Positions 13,641 through 25,210 of a stretch of DNA of 64,000 nt are shown piece by piece; position 1 is the stretch's first letter; each line of letters begins with the position of its first letter. Source of the stretch: Callorhinchus milii (Eukaryota); contig NW_024704743.1 in the NCBI RefSeq assembly GCF_018977255.1, positions 59,274,001 to 59,338,000 on the forward strand. The letters run 5' to 3'. Both the position numbers and the translations under genes were made by a program. Under the pieces are notes generated by a model. That model searched no databases, was not told where the DNA came from, and saw nothing but the letters and a program-made list of their open reading frames with translations.

Positions 13641-13709
13641 GGAGATCTGGGTCCTCGAGGTGTGCCAGGACCCAGAGGACCACAAGGGGAAAGTATACAG
13701 GGAGAGAAG
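13641..13709 (+). CDS. COL28A1: Collagen exon (69 bp): GDLGPRGVPGPRGPQGESIQGEK, with a G4G imperfection
   Basis: ttgcag acceptor, AAG|gtaaga donor. Confidence 0.9.
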
Positions 13710-14349
13710 GTAAGATGGCTGTTTATGGTACCAGTTTGGTATAGGGCGTCAGCTTGGCTCAGTTGGTAACACTCTCACCTTTGGGTCTGAAGTTTGTGAG
13801 TTCAAATCCCATATCAAGACTTGAGCTCATAGTTTAAGTGTGGTCCAACTGGCAGGCTGCTGGCCGCAACAGCTCCCACCCCCACCCGTCGGCCCCCTCC
13901 ACCCCCACTCCATTTCATGTGGCCCAACTACTCCCTCCATAACACAGCTCATGTGGAGTATAAACACTGGCATAGACCAGTTGGGCCAAATGGCCTGTTT
14001 CTGTGCTGTATATTCTAATGCATTCTAATGTTATGTTTTTGGAAGTGAAATACAAAAGTATTGCTTATTTGGTAAATGCGCTCTGTGAAAAGACTGTGAG
14101 TGTCTCCCAGTGTCTTGGCCAACAATCCTTCAGATAAATTGCTCATTCTCTTCATTGTTGTTAATGACTTGCTGTGTGCAAAGTGGCTCTTGTGTTTGCT
14201 TACAAAAATAGCCACTATACTTTACAGTAATTACTTTGAAGTGTTTTGAGATGTTTCAAAGTGATGAGGTGCTATAAAAATGCAACTTCTTTCTTTGCAC
14301 CTTGTTCCAATATCAGTAGCCTCTGAATTGTAGAGTTTGCCTCTTTACG

Positions 14350-14700
14350 GATAGTTGGTAGCACTCTTGCCTTTGAGTCAGATGCTTGAGGGTTCAAGCC
14401 CCACATCAGAACCTTGAACTCACAGTCAAGGCTGAGACTCCAGAGTGTCCAATGCAGTGCTGGAGGTTGTGCTGCATTGTTTGAGGTGCCATCCTCCAAG
14501 TAAAACGTTGAACCAAAGCTCCATCTGCCTGTTCAGGTACACATCACATTGCACTACTAAAAAAGAAAATAAATTTCTCCCAGTGTCCTGCTCAAGAATC
14601 CCTCAAACAAAATTGGTCAATCACTTCATGACTGTTTCTGGGACATTGCTGTCACAAATTGGCTGCCACGTTCGCCCACAAATACGCAATTGCTACACTT
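14350..14700 (+). mobile_element. Older Deu-type SINE family with a different tRNA head; similar copies near 24745-25150, 32018-32400, 48240-48600 (-), 50380-50700 (-), 52320-52590 (-) and 62400-62835 (-)
   Basis: GGTAGCACTCTTGCCT.TGAGTCAGA..GGTTCAAGCCCCAC head and the same core motif, more diverged. Confidence 0.65.
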
Positions 14701-15702
14701 CACAGCAGTGGTGGACTGACTTCCCAAAAGGGGTCCCCAAAAGGATTTTCAGCTATAATGGGGGCACCAATTCAACATAAAACCTCTGTATGTTTACAAA
14801 CTTTGTCAGGGCTTAAACCGAAGGGCAGCATTCGGACAGTGATTGGCTATCATAGCTGTCACTCACCAGGGAGGGCAGACCCTGGGTGATCATTGGCTGG
14901 TCCAAGCTGTCACTCACCCAGATGTTGGGCTTTGGAGCAGTAAGTATCGGAAGCCAATAACAGAGGTGCTCGGGAGCCAATCACATGTCACGATTTCCCA
15001 TATAACCAGACTGCCAACTGTTTCACAGAAAGATCACGTGAAGCACTTTGAGACATCTCAATGACATGGTAAGGCACTATAACAAATGCAAAGCTTAAGT
15101 TAAGTGTCTAAAATGTATCTTATTAACACAAGGGAGGTGCCAAGATGTATTTTTGTGTTATCGGGCATTATAGAAGGGAGTTTCTCACAGAGAGTGTTCT
15201 GGTCAACAGTCCCCCACATAAAATTGGTTTTTTGCTTCTTGGTTGTTTGTGAGACATTACTGTAAGCAAATTAGCTGCTGCATTTGCCTATAAATACACA
15301 GTTACTACACTAGAGTAAAAGGTCTCCTCGACCCCATTTTCAGATGGGAGAGCTGAGGTTGGTCTCTTGGCTAGAATTTAAGAAATACAGAAACAAGCAA
15401 GCAAGAAAAATATGGAATTGATCATGTCATAAAATCCCATTAATTTAGGCTCACTCAGAGTGTGCATTGTGTTAATCCAAAGATCCTGTCTCATTCACCC
15501 TTGTCATTGTATTCATTTCGCTTTGAAGCGCTTTGGGACGTCCTCCCGACGTGAAAAGCGCTATATCAAATGCAAGGATTATTTCATCTACAAAAAAAAG
15601 TAGTCACTACACTTTACATTGAAGCCCATGGAGCGGTCCTCCTGACTTGAAAGGCACTAAACCAAATGCAAGTTATTATTGATAATATTCACCTTTATGT
15701 AG

Positions 15703-15783
15703 GGCGATCATGGATATAAAGGTGAACGAGGGAAGATGGGTGACAAAGGAGAACCAGGAATCCCTGGCCAAATTGGTCTTAAA
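15703..15783 (+). CDS. COL28A1: Collagen exon (81 bp): GDHGYKGERGKMGDKGEPGIPGQIGLK
   Basis: tgtag acceptor, AAA|gtaagc donor, 9 triplets. Confidence 0.9.
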
Positions 15784-15877
15784 GTAAGCCATTCAATTTT
15801 ATTGCAAAACACGGTTTATTCTGAGAATACTTAAAGATCTCCTGGAACTTACCTCTTCTGTTATTCAAAAATTCTAG

Positions 15878-15913
15878 GGATATCCTGGAGAGAAAGGTGA
15901 ATCTGGTTTAACT
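15878..15913 (+). CDS. COL28A1: Last collagen exon (36 bp): GYPGEKGESGLT
   Basis: tctag acceptor after a 94-bp intron, ACT|gtgagt donor. Confidence 0.88.
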
Positions 15914-16237
15914 GTGAGTATCTATCCAAAGAAAGCAATTGCTTTCATGTACTTTAATTTATTTAATACAGTATATTACTTATTCTGAAATCTCTCTCCT
16001 TCCCTCCATATTCCTCTTTCAAATACCATCTAAAAGATTATCTCTTTGATTACGTTTTTGTCCACCTCCCGCCTATTTCCCACCCAGCTCAGGCAGCCCA
16101 CTATCTCACTGTCTCTCTGTAATGAAACATCTGGATAATTCTTTGTGACCAGTCCATAGGATCAAAATTGCAGTATTGCTAATGCATTCAATTCCTTATG
16201 CAAGGAACCAGGCCCAAAGTGCTCAGTGAAGCCTCCA

Positions 16238-17208
16238 CCACAACAACAACACCAAATTACATTTGTAAAGCGCCTTTCACGTCGGTAGGACGTCCCAAGG
16301 TACTGGACAGAGTTTTGGACCTGAGCTGGGGGTCGGGATCAGGGATTGTGGAAGGCAGGAGGGCAAGCAGGGAGATCAAAAGCATGGTTGAAGAAGAGGG
16401 TCTTGAGATGGGTCTTGAAGGTGGCAAGGGAGGTGGGGAGGCGGAGAGACTACAGGATGGAGGTGCAGAGGGTGGGGGCAGAGTGGCAGAAGTCCTGCCT
16501 GCCAATAGTGGGGCGAGCGAGACGGGGGATGTGAAACAGGCCGGAGCCCGCTGAGTGGAGGGAGCCAACAGGATGGTAGAGGGTTAGGCGGTCATAGAGG
16601 TAGAGGGGAGCAAGACCATGGAGGGCTTTGAAGGTGAGGACCAGGATGTTGAACTGTATCCTCTGGGTGATGGGAAGCCAGTGGAGTCAGGCGAGGATGA
16701 TAGGGACATGGAGCCTGGTGCGGGAGAGGATACAGGCTGCAGAATTCTGGATGATCTGCAACCTATGGAGGGAGAAGTTGGGAAGGCCAACAAGCAAGGA
16801 GTTTGCAAAGTCGAGCCTCGATGTAATGAAAGCATGTATGTGGGTTTTGACAGCCTGTGGTGTGAGACAGTGGTGGAGCCGGGCGACATTGCAGAGGTGG
16901 GGGAAGGCAGAGGATAGTTGAGGGTCAAACAAGACCCAAGATTCCAGACTGGCTTAGCAAGGTGGAGTGTGCAACATGGATGGTGATGCTGTCAGCGCCT
17001 GAGGTGAGGAGGCTCTGACGGAAACCAATCTCGTTGACGGTCAACTGAAGAAAATTAGCTCTCATCCAGGACTTGTTGTCAGTCTGTCAGGATGTCAGTT
17101 GTCCTGAAATCGAGGGTGGAGGAAGAGAGATAGAGTTGGGGGTCATCGGAAGTTCATTGGAAGTTGACCCCATGTCTGCTGATGATGTCACCAAGAGGCA
17201 GCATGTAA
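16238..17208 (-). mobile_element. L2 LINE 3' fragment
   Basis: HAFITSRLDFANS; same family as 25211-26751. Confidence 0.88.
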
Positions 17209-17598
17209 AGCAGACTTGGACCCGTCCTCACAAAATTATATGATATTTCAAGACTGAACGATGAATCAGGCTTAAGTCTTTCTTCCTGTCCCAGAGATAA
17301 ACACCTGGTACACTTTTTTAGTACTTTTTCCTATTGGAAGAATTTAAGGAAATCCACTCTGCAGAGGAATTAGTCGGAACGTTAAGTTAAATGGATTCCC
17401 AGGAATTCTTTGATTCAACCGAGAACTACGGTCTTGTGATCTTTAGTGAATACTCGAAGCTTGTGACGAAAGGTACGTGAGCGTTAGCGAGAAGCGGATG
17501 TTACACTGCCTGTTTCTCAAACATAACCTTTGACTGTGTCACTTTGAACATAACTTTTTGTTTCACCCAAAATACAGTCAATCCACTTAAAAGTATAT

Positions 17599-17913
17599 TG
17601 GAGTTCTGTAGCTCTGTGGTTAGAGCACTCACCTCGGAAACGAGAGACCTGGGTTCGATTCCCAGCAGGGCAAAACCTTAGTCCCAAGTTTGTTTGCTTC
17701 ACACACCTGATAATACTCCCTCAAGAAAAAAACACAATAATAATTTGGTCACTCAATCCACAACTGTTTGTGGGAAACTGCTGTGCGCAATTGGCTGCCG
17801 CGTTGCGCCCACAAATATACAGTTAATTCACTTTACAGTATATTCTGTGAAGCAAATTTAGACATCTAGAAGACGTGAAAAGCACTATATCAAATGCAAG
17901 GATTATTATTATT
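17599..17913 (+). mobile_element. tRNA-derived SINE, full length
   Basis: Same head, core and tail. Confidence 0.9.
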
Positions 17914-18094
17914 AATATTTTGTGAAGCGCTTTGACCCAGACGTGCGCATTCCAGGTTGGCTGTGCAGTAACTCTGCATGAAAATGGGTCAACCACCCTG
18001 CCTGATTAAAGAAACATTTACTGTGTACAAAAGGATGTGACCTAATCTAAAAGTGCATCAATGTAATTTTATATTGTTTATATATTTTCTTCAG

Positions 18095-18131
18095 CGAGAA
18101 CATGTCATCATGTTGATCAGAGAAATCTGTG
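18095..18131 (+). CDS. COL28A1: Helix-to-VWA junction exon (37 bp): REHVIMLIREIC(G)
   Basis: ttcag acceptor, G|gtaagt donor; phase 0-1 joins the VWA exon to give ICGCG..C, as recalled for collagen XXVIII. Confidence 0.88.
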
Positions 18132-18369
18132 GTAAGTGCAGATGTTTAAATTGTAATCTCAGGATACAACTTATGTCTTCTGATTAACCTTTTTGATTTT
18201 ATGATACAAAACGTTAAAATCTCTTTAAAAATCATTGCTTGTTGTGGATTTCAATAATTTGTTTCTGGAAACTGAAATGCTTTTGATTTTCTAAAAAAAT
18301 GTCAGTGTTAAATTTACTGAGAGTCACTCTGCCCCATGCTAAGGCAAGGAGCGAGAATACCCACACTTA

Positions 18370-18900
18370 CTAAGAACATAAGAAATACTGGACGAAGAAA
18401 GACCAAGGTGCATCAAGTTCGCCTTCCACCTTCCCGGCAGTTGCATGCACATGTGTCCTGAACTGCCTATGTACGATATCCATTATCTTATTTCCTAAGA
18501 GAAAACTATCTAATCTGTGTTTGAAAGAATCAACATTTCCTGCTTCAAGTGTCTCCCAAGGGAGCCTGCTCCACAGGGTCACCATTCGTTCACTGAAATA
18601 GAATTAATTCTGAATTTACCCCCTTCAATCGCAGGCCACGTCCTCTGGTTCTACTATTCTGGACATGTTGTAGTAGTCTGTCATGATCTATATTGTTTTG
18701 CTCCTTTAGAATCTTAAAGACAGCAATCATATCACCTTTCAATCTTCTCTTTTCCAGCGTGAACATGCCCAATTTACTTAGTCACTCCTCATAGTCCAGT
18801 CCTTCCATTCCCTCCATTATTTTGGTTGCTCTCCTCTGTATTTTCTCGATTTCTCCAATATCCTGTTTGTACTGGGGTGACCAGAACTGCACACAGTACT
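18370..18900 (-). mobile_element. CR1 3' fragment; related pieces at 55355-55680 (+), 1420-1680 (-), 5010-5370 (-), 10960-11260 (+) and 26862-27070 (-)
   Basis: YCVQFWSP, FTLEKRRLKGDMIAVFKILK translations. Confidence 0.8.
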
Positions 18901-19284
18901 AAGTATCATTTTTGGCCTCTTATTTCAGAGGGCAGCTTTGGTCTTAAGATGGATAACAAATCAGTGGGCATCTTAGCATCAGTGCCTTCTGATTGACTGC
19001 TTTCAACAGTGTACGATGGCTCAGCAGCTCTCACAGCGCTGGTACACAAGATCACTCTAGTTCCATCGGTTGATGTGAGGGTCTAATTTGTTACAATCCG
19101 TAACCAGGAGTTGCTAAAGAAAATGAGTTGCAAATATCGACCTCTGCTGGTAACTGGATGTGTATTAGTCTGACACAGGAGATCTCAAGTAATCAGAGGT
19201 AGATCCTATTGGAGCAAATTTCTCATGTCTCGTTGGTGTGATGGACTTAACAATCACCAGCAAGAGGCGCTATGTTATAAATCC

Positions 19285-19614
19285 TGGAGTCCTGTAGCTC
19301 AGTAGTTAGAGCACTCGCTTTGCAAGCGAGAGACCTGAGTTCAATTCCAGGCAGAGGGCGAAACCGTGGGCAAGTTTCCTTACATGCCTAACATGACATG
19401 CCTAATAATAATCCCTCCAAAAAAACAAAAACAATAATAAATTGGTCATTTTCAATCCATGACTGTTTGTGGGACGTTGCTGTGCGCAATTGGCTGCCGC
19501 GTTCGCCCACAAATATACAGTCAATTCACTTTACAGTATGTTCTGTGAAGGGCTTTGGGACGTCCAGAAGACGTGAAATGCGCTATATCAAATGCAAGGA
19601 TTATTATTATTATT
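19285..19614 (+). mobile_element. tRNA-derived SINE (tRNA-Ala-like head, Deu-like core, L2-like tail)
   Basis: A box TAGCTCAGTAG, B box GTTCAATTCC, anticodon arm CTCGC-TTTGCAA-GCGAG, core TGTGGGAC.TTGCTGTGCGCAATTGGCTGCC, (TTA)n tail. Confidence 0.9.
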
Positions 19615-19923
19615 AAGTCACTACATATTACATCCCCTAGTCAGCAAAGGAGCCATCAGTAAACATGTTCAGTTATTCAGAATAATGTGGTTTGACATAT
19701 ACTTGAAAATTTCTTGTACTACAATACGTGACAGAAAGAAACATTCTTACAATGTTCATGCACAATCGATTTTAATCAAGGTTTTGCAGAAGAATTTAAA
19801 CAGAATGCTCCATTTAGTTTTCAGTATTTGTGTGATTTTTCATTACTCTTGTTACATTTCAGCAAGTTTCTTCATATCTTTTACTTATGTTTAAATTGCT
19901 GGCATCTCTCGGTCACATTCCAG

Positions 19924-20478
19924 GGTGTGGCATGAAGTGCAGCCTGCAGCCACTGGAGCTGGTGTTTGTGATTGACAGCTCTGAAAGTGTTGGCCCAGAA
20001 AACTTTGAAATTATCAAAGATTTTGTCATCAACCTATTAAACCAAATTACCATCAGCAACGACACCATTCGGATCGGAGTGGTACTTTATAGCGACAAAG
20101 CAAAAGAGATCATTAACTTTAAGCACCAAGTCTCTCAGGACCATGTCAAAGACTTGATCAGAAACCTGATATACTTGGGAGAAGGCACTCTCACGGGAAC
20201 AGCCATGAACATGGCAAATAAGATTTTGATCGACTCCAGACCTGGAGTGCGCAAAGTGGCAGTGGTCATAACCGATGGACAGACTGACAAGAGGGATCCT
20301 TTCAGTCTGAATGAGACAGTGAGAGAGACCCATGCGGCCAACATTGAGGTGTATGCGATCGGTATATTGAACAAGAACGATCCATCCTACGAAGAATTTA
20401 AGAATGAAATGAACTTGATTGCCTCTGACCCTGATATGGAGCACGTTTACCTGATTGATGACTTTATGACAATTCTAA
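19924..20478 (+). CDS. COL28A1: C-terminal VWA domain exon (555 bp)
   Basis: Lies within ORF 19887..20522: PLELVFVIDSSESVGPENF...GTLTG...VITDG (MIDAS DxSxS, T and D present); ttccag acceptor, A|gtaagt donor. Confidence 0.95.
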
Positions 20479-21196
20479 GTAAGTCTGCACAGAACGTGGT
20501 CATAAAAACAAATGAAGCTTAGCAAGTTTTCTCTTTTCATCACAAACTTTACCCAGGAGAAATAAAGTGCCTGTGCATTTCATATAGAATTGCATTTAAA
20601 AGCGCTAGAGAGTATGGAGGAAGTAGATTTAAGTATGTCAATAAAGGCTTGTTAACAAGGAGTAAAAGAGTAAGGGGAGAGAGCAGAGAAATAGAATTAG
20701 AGTAAATAGCTCTGATGGGGAAGCTAAGATAAGCACCATCACCCAAATGCCATCTGTTTTACTGAAATGGCTATGATTTTACCTTTCGCCCACAAAAAAA
20801 TGTGCACATCTGTGTGCATTTGTTTTTGACTGATATCTCTCAAACCTGAGTCCATTTCCCAACAGACCACAGATGGATAAATGGACATGGTTTGAGAAGA
20901 AATCCTTGTAGTACATTACATGACGTAGAAAAACAAATGCTCCTACAATCTTCATGCACTATTGATTTAATCAGTGTTTACAGAAGAATTTAAACAGGAG
21001 ATTGCTCAGTTTAATTTTCAGTGTTTAACTAAATAACTCTTTCCCACATCTTTAAAAGTTGCGTTCATTGGGATACAGTTCTTGCAATCTACTCTGTAAG
21101 CAGAGTGAGGTGTAATGTCACTATTTGACACAGTTCTAAGGTAATGGTACAGCAGCTTGAGATTGTGATTCTAACTTGTCAATCTGTGACTTTCAG

Positions 21197-21369
21197 CCCT
21201 TCAGTCTAAACTGTCCAGCGAAATCTGTAAAGAGGACGGGAGGATATATAGTTCAGTTCCCAGCTCCATACTGCTCCCTGGTGTGCCTTCACCTTTTCCT
21301 GACGATAAATACCAACCAGACAGGGATGTCCATTTCCTCGATACATCAGACCACAAGGAAACAACTGAG
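21197..21369 (+). CDS. COL28A1: Post-VWA/linker exon (173 bp): TLQSKLSSEICKEDG...DHKETTE
   Basis: tttcag acceptor, GAG|gtgagt donor; open in the phase left by the VWA exon; carries the VWA-closing Cys. Confidence 0.85.
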
Positions 21370-21727
21370 GTGAGTAAAGTGAAATGACAGGAAATTTAGC
21401 AGCTCGACTTTACTTGATAATGCTTCTCTTCTGGGAGAACCACTTAGCAAGTTTAAAGTGCCACAAAGATTTTTTTGGCAGCATTTGTTAAAATTTAAAG
21501 TGTTGGAGGATTTTGTTTTCTTTGTGTTGTGGAATTCCTAAAATTGTTTAATGTCTCATCCAAAGGACAGCACCTCCAACCATAATACACTGCATTAGGA
21601 TGTTAAAAACAAATTGACATTGTAATGAGGAGACTGTAGGGTTGGTGTGTGATAAGGTAATATCAAATGAGCCAGAGGTCCTTCATCCTAATCTCTCTTT
21701 GCGATCATTTTTTTCCCCTTCTTATAG

Positions 21728-21947
21728 CGAGCTCCTCCAGGGAGACATGGAGAATATGTTGATAGTGAGGTGAGTTTGCTCACCGGGGGTGATGTGTCAG
21801 TGGATCACGTCAAACCAGGTGAGCCTCCTTTAAGAAGACCTGAAGCAGAACGTCAACCCGACATCCCGGAAGTGGTAGAGCCCACTCCTACAGTCAGCAC
21901 TCCACAGACGATATTCCATGAGCCTGTTGATCGTGGAATATCAACAG
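21728..21947 (+). CDS. COL28A1: Pro/Thr/Glu-rich linker exon (220 bp; internal alternative donors at 21769 and 21818)
   Basis: Long pyrimidine tract plus tatag acceptor; open frame RAPPGRHGE...DRGIST; CAG|gtagtt phase-1 donor fits the Kunitz exon. Confidence 0.75.
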
Positions 21948-22523
21948 GTAGTTGATGGACAATTTTTCAAAAGTAGTTAAAATGTAGCTTACATTAAGAT
22001 GTATCCTGGACATTGTCATACATGACATATAATACAATTTAAGTCAAGCTGTAGATGGCCGCCAAGTGGGTTGGGGGCAGGGTGCGGACAGATGAAAGTG
22101 TGGTCAAAGAGGTGCATCTTGAGATGGACCTTGAACATTGGGAGGGATGGAGCGAGTCGGAAGGACTCTGGGATGGAGCTCCAGAGAGCAGGGGCTTGAA
22201 GCCTGCCTGGCAAATGTGGGGTGGAGATGTCAGGGTACAAGCACCCTAATGCTTGCTTAGCGAAGAGAGCAGCCGCTAGGGTAGGATTGAAGGAAGTCAT
22301 AGAGGTTGTGTGGGACAAGACTATGGAGAGATTTGAACATGAAAATGAGGATCTTGAATTTGATCTGCTGAGGGATGGTGAGCCGATGGAGCCTAGCGAG
22401 GATGGGAGTGATAGGTTTGAGGGCCTAGTGCTGGAGGACCACATGCTTTCATGTATTGACCCATTTAGACAATGGTGTTTTGCAAAACTGAAGATTATTA
22501 TTTTATTCTCTGAATATAACAAA

Positions 22524-22703
<180 letters not shown>

Positions 22704-23271
22704 TGCTCGTCATGACCCACTTGCGCGCCTGATTCTGACTGAAGCTTATAATAATCTTGTTGTTGTAAGCCAACATACAACCATTTAATGATTAAATGTC
22801 AGTTTGGCGTGAAGCCATTGGGGTGAAGAGTATGTGTGTGTGGGGTGGGAGGGTTAACATACATTCCCATTCTTGGCAGATTACTTTTTTTAATGTAAAA
22901 TATAAAACTAAAAGAATGTTCTTGCAGTTGCAGGGGCACCATGTCACTGCTGCAAATGCTGAATGCCTCCTGCATGTCCCTTGTGCCCTCCGTTCCACCA
23001 TTGGTGGCCATGCTTTCATATAATACGCTCTGAAACTCTGGAACACTCTTCCTCCATTCCTCCGCCTTGCCGCTTCCTTCCCCATCTTCAGATCATGCCT
23101 GAAGACTTTCCTCTTCGACCGTGCCTACGGTCACCCTCCCTCTCCTCCAGTTTCAGCATCATGCTCCGCCACTGTCAAGCGCTCTGAGACACTACCTTGT
23201 GTGAGGGGCACAATATAAATGCAAGTGGTTGTTGAAGTATCTGTACCCTCACCCTTTGTATCCTGCACTAC

Positions 23272-23765
23272 TGTTATTGACGAGCTGCTTAAACTATCAC
23301 AGGGGGCCGTGCAAGAAGTAGTCGCTACCAACCATAGGTGGTGAACAAGCAAGTCAACTTTATTAGGTCTAATGCCAACAAAACAGATAAAGAATCTACT
23401 TGCAAACAGCACTCGCAGTGTGAAATGTCAACTCCTTTACCTGCCCCTCTCCACACTCAGGATTTCCATTGAGCCTCCTATACTCCTCTTGAAGCCTCCT
23501 GGGGCCCATTCCCAGGTTTGAATTTTACAGATTACGAGGGGCTGGGGTATTCCATTAGGAAGGGCTGTGCCAAGTCGCTGGAAGCCACTGTGAGGATTGA
23601 CCTTCAACCTTCCAATCACCCTCGTGGGGCTGTTCCTCTCCTTTGAACTCTTCACCAGACCTGTATGACCGGGAATGGCCTCAGGTCCTGCTCACTCTCT
23701 CTGTAGGCGCTTCTCCTTGCTCGGGTCAGGCCCTCCCCACTTCGTGCTGGTCATTTTATGTAACA
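23272..23765 (-). mobile_element. Possible solo LTR (~494 bp)
   Basis: TGTTA...TAACA termini and an internal minus-strand AATAAA near 23360; no clear TSD. Confidence 0.3.
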
Positions 23766-24327
23766 TTTAGGTCATAGATTTATACAGACTGTTCAGCAGA
23801 GCCTAACCAGTCTGTGCCGGTGCTTATACGCCACATGAGTTTCCTTGAACTCCTTACTCTCTCCCATATCCTTCTATTCCCAGGAATTGACAGGAATTCA
23901 ATAACCAGGAGCTGTGATTTCATATTTCTTCATGAAATAGAGGCTTAAAAATAATTATAAAAGACTAATTTAAAAGTTAAAAGCAAAGATCAAGCTGAAT
24001 TGCTTGAGTGAGCCCCTCACGAAGCAAAGCCTGACCATTGTTTGGAATTTGAACAGTCTGTGGGAGAAATCATTGTCCGGTAGTCAATTCCACGGCTGTC
24101 ATTAAGGACACGTTGCAATGGCATGTTTTATCTACAATTTCTGTAGCGTTCCTTATTGTCCCAGATGCCACAGTGAATTTTTTATATTGTTTTCAAACCT
24201 CCAGAGGAGATCTACAAGGGGGAAAACAAAATGGGGAATGGATGGAATTTTAGGAGACCTATATTATGTAAAGAGATGTGATGTGTGTGTCTGTATGTAC
24301 TGACCACGCTCTGATGTTGGGTTCCAG

Positions 24328-24497
24328 ATGTAGGATGTGCTGAGCCGCTAAATCAAGGACCCTGCAGGAATTATGTAATTAAATGGTACTACGACAGGAT
24401 GGCCGAGGCCTGTGTCCAGTTCTGGTACGGTGGCTGTGAGGGAAACAGAAACCGCTTTGATAACCAACAAGAATGCACTCTGAAATGCTTTCTGTGA
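24328..24497 (+). CDS. COL28A1: Kunitz/BPTI domain exon with stop: DVGCAEPLNQGPCRNYVIKWYYDRMAEACVQFWYGGCEGNRNRFDNQQECTLKCFL*
   Basis: Six Kunitz cysteines, FxYGGCxGNxNRF motif, ttccag acceptor, TGA at 24495-24497. Confidence 0.95.
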
Positions 24498-25210
24498 ATA
24501 GGTGAGCTACAGTTAGAATGACATCAAATGTTTCCTCTTTCATGTACTGACAATGTCTGGGGATAGACAGCAGCAAGGCTCTCCCAATTGGTTCACATAC
24601 AAATAGATTTTCAGCACAGAAAACATTCCCTTACCCTGCACGCATCATAACCTTTGATATCACTAATCGTCACGTGTTAATATAATTCCCTTTCAAAGGT
24701 TCAGCTTCTATAGCTACTTACGGTAAAACAATACATGGGGTAAGCTTTTCAGCACTCTCAACTCTAGGTCTGAAGGTTGTGAGTTCAGGGACCAGATTGG
24801 GGTTTGCACTCATAGACCAAATAGTGTGACATTCCAGTGGAATGCTGGGATGGACTGCTGTATTTTTAGGTGTTCCTTTTTGGATGAGACATTTAACAAA
24901 TATCCTGCCTGCCCTGATGTTGCATTAAATTATCCTGTGGCACAATTCGAGTAGAGAACGGAGTTTCTCCTGTGGTCCTGGCCCCATAAATCCTTGAGAC
25001 TCATTGATCATTCAACATAGAGCTCATTATAGGATCTTACTAGCACAAATGGCTGCCGTGTTTGCCCACAAAGATAGTCACTGCTCTTGACAAGTCATTA
25101 CTTGTGAAGTACTTTTTGAATGTGTTGAAGTTCTATAAAATGCAAACCTATCATTATAATTATGATGGTATTTAAAATTCCGGTATTGCTAAACTCAGTC
25201 CATTCCTTTA

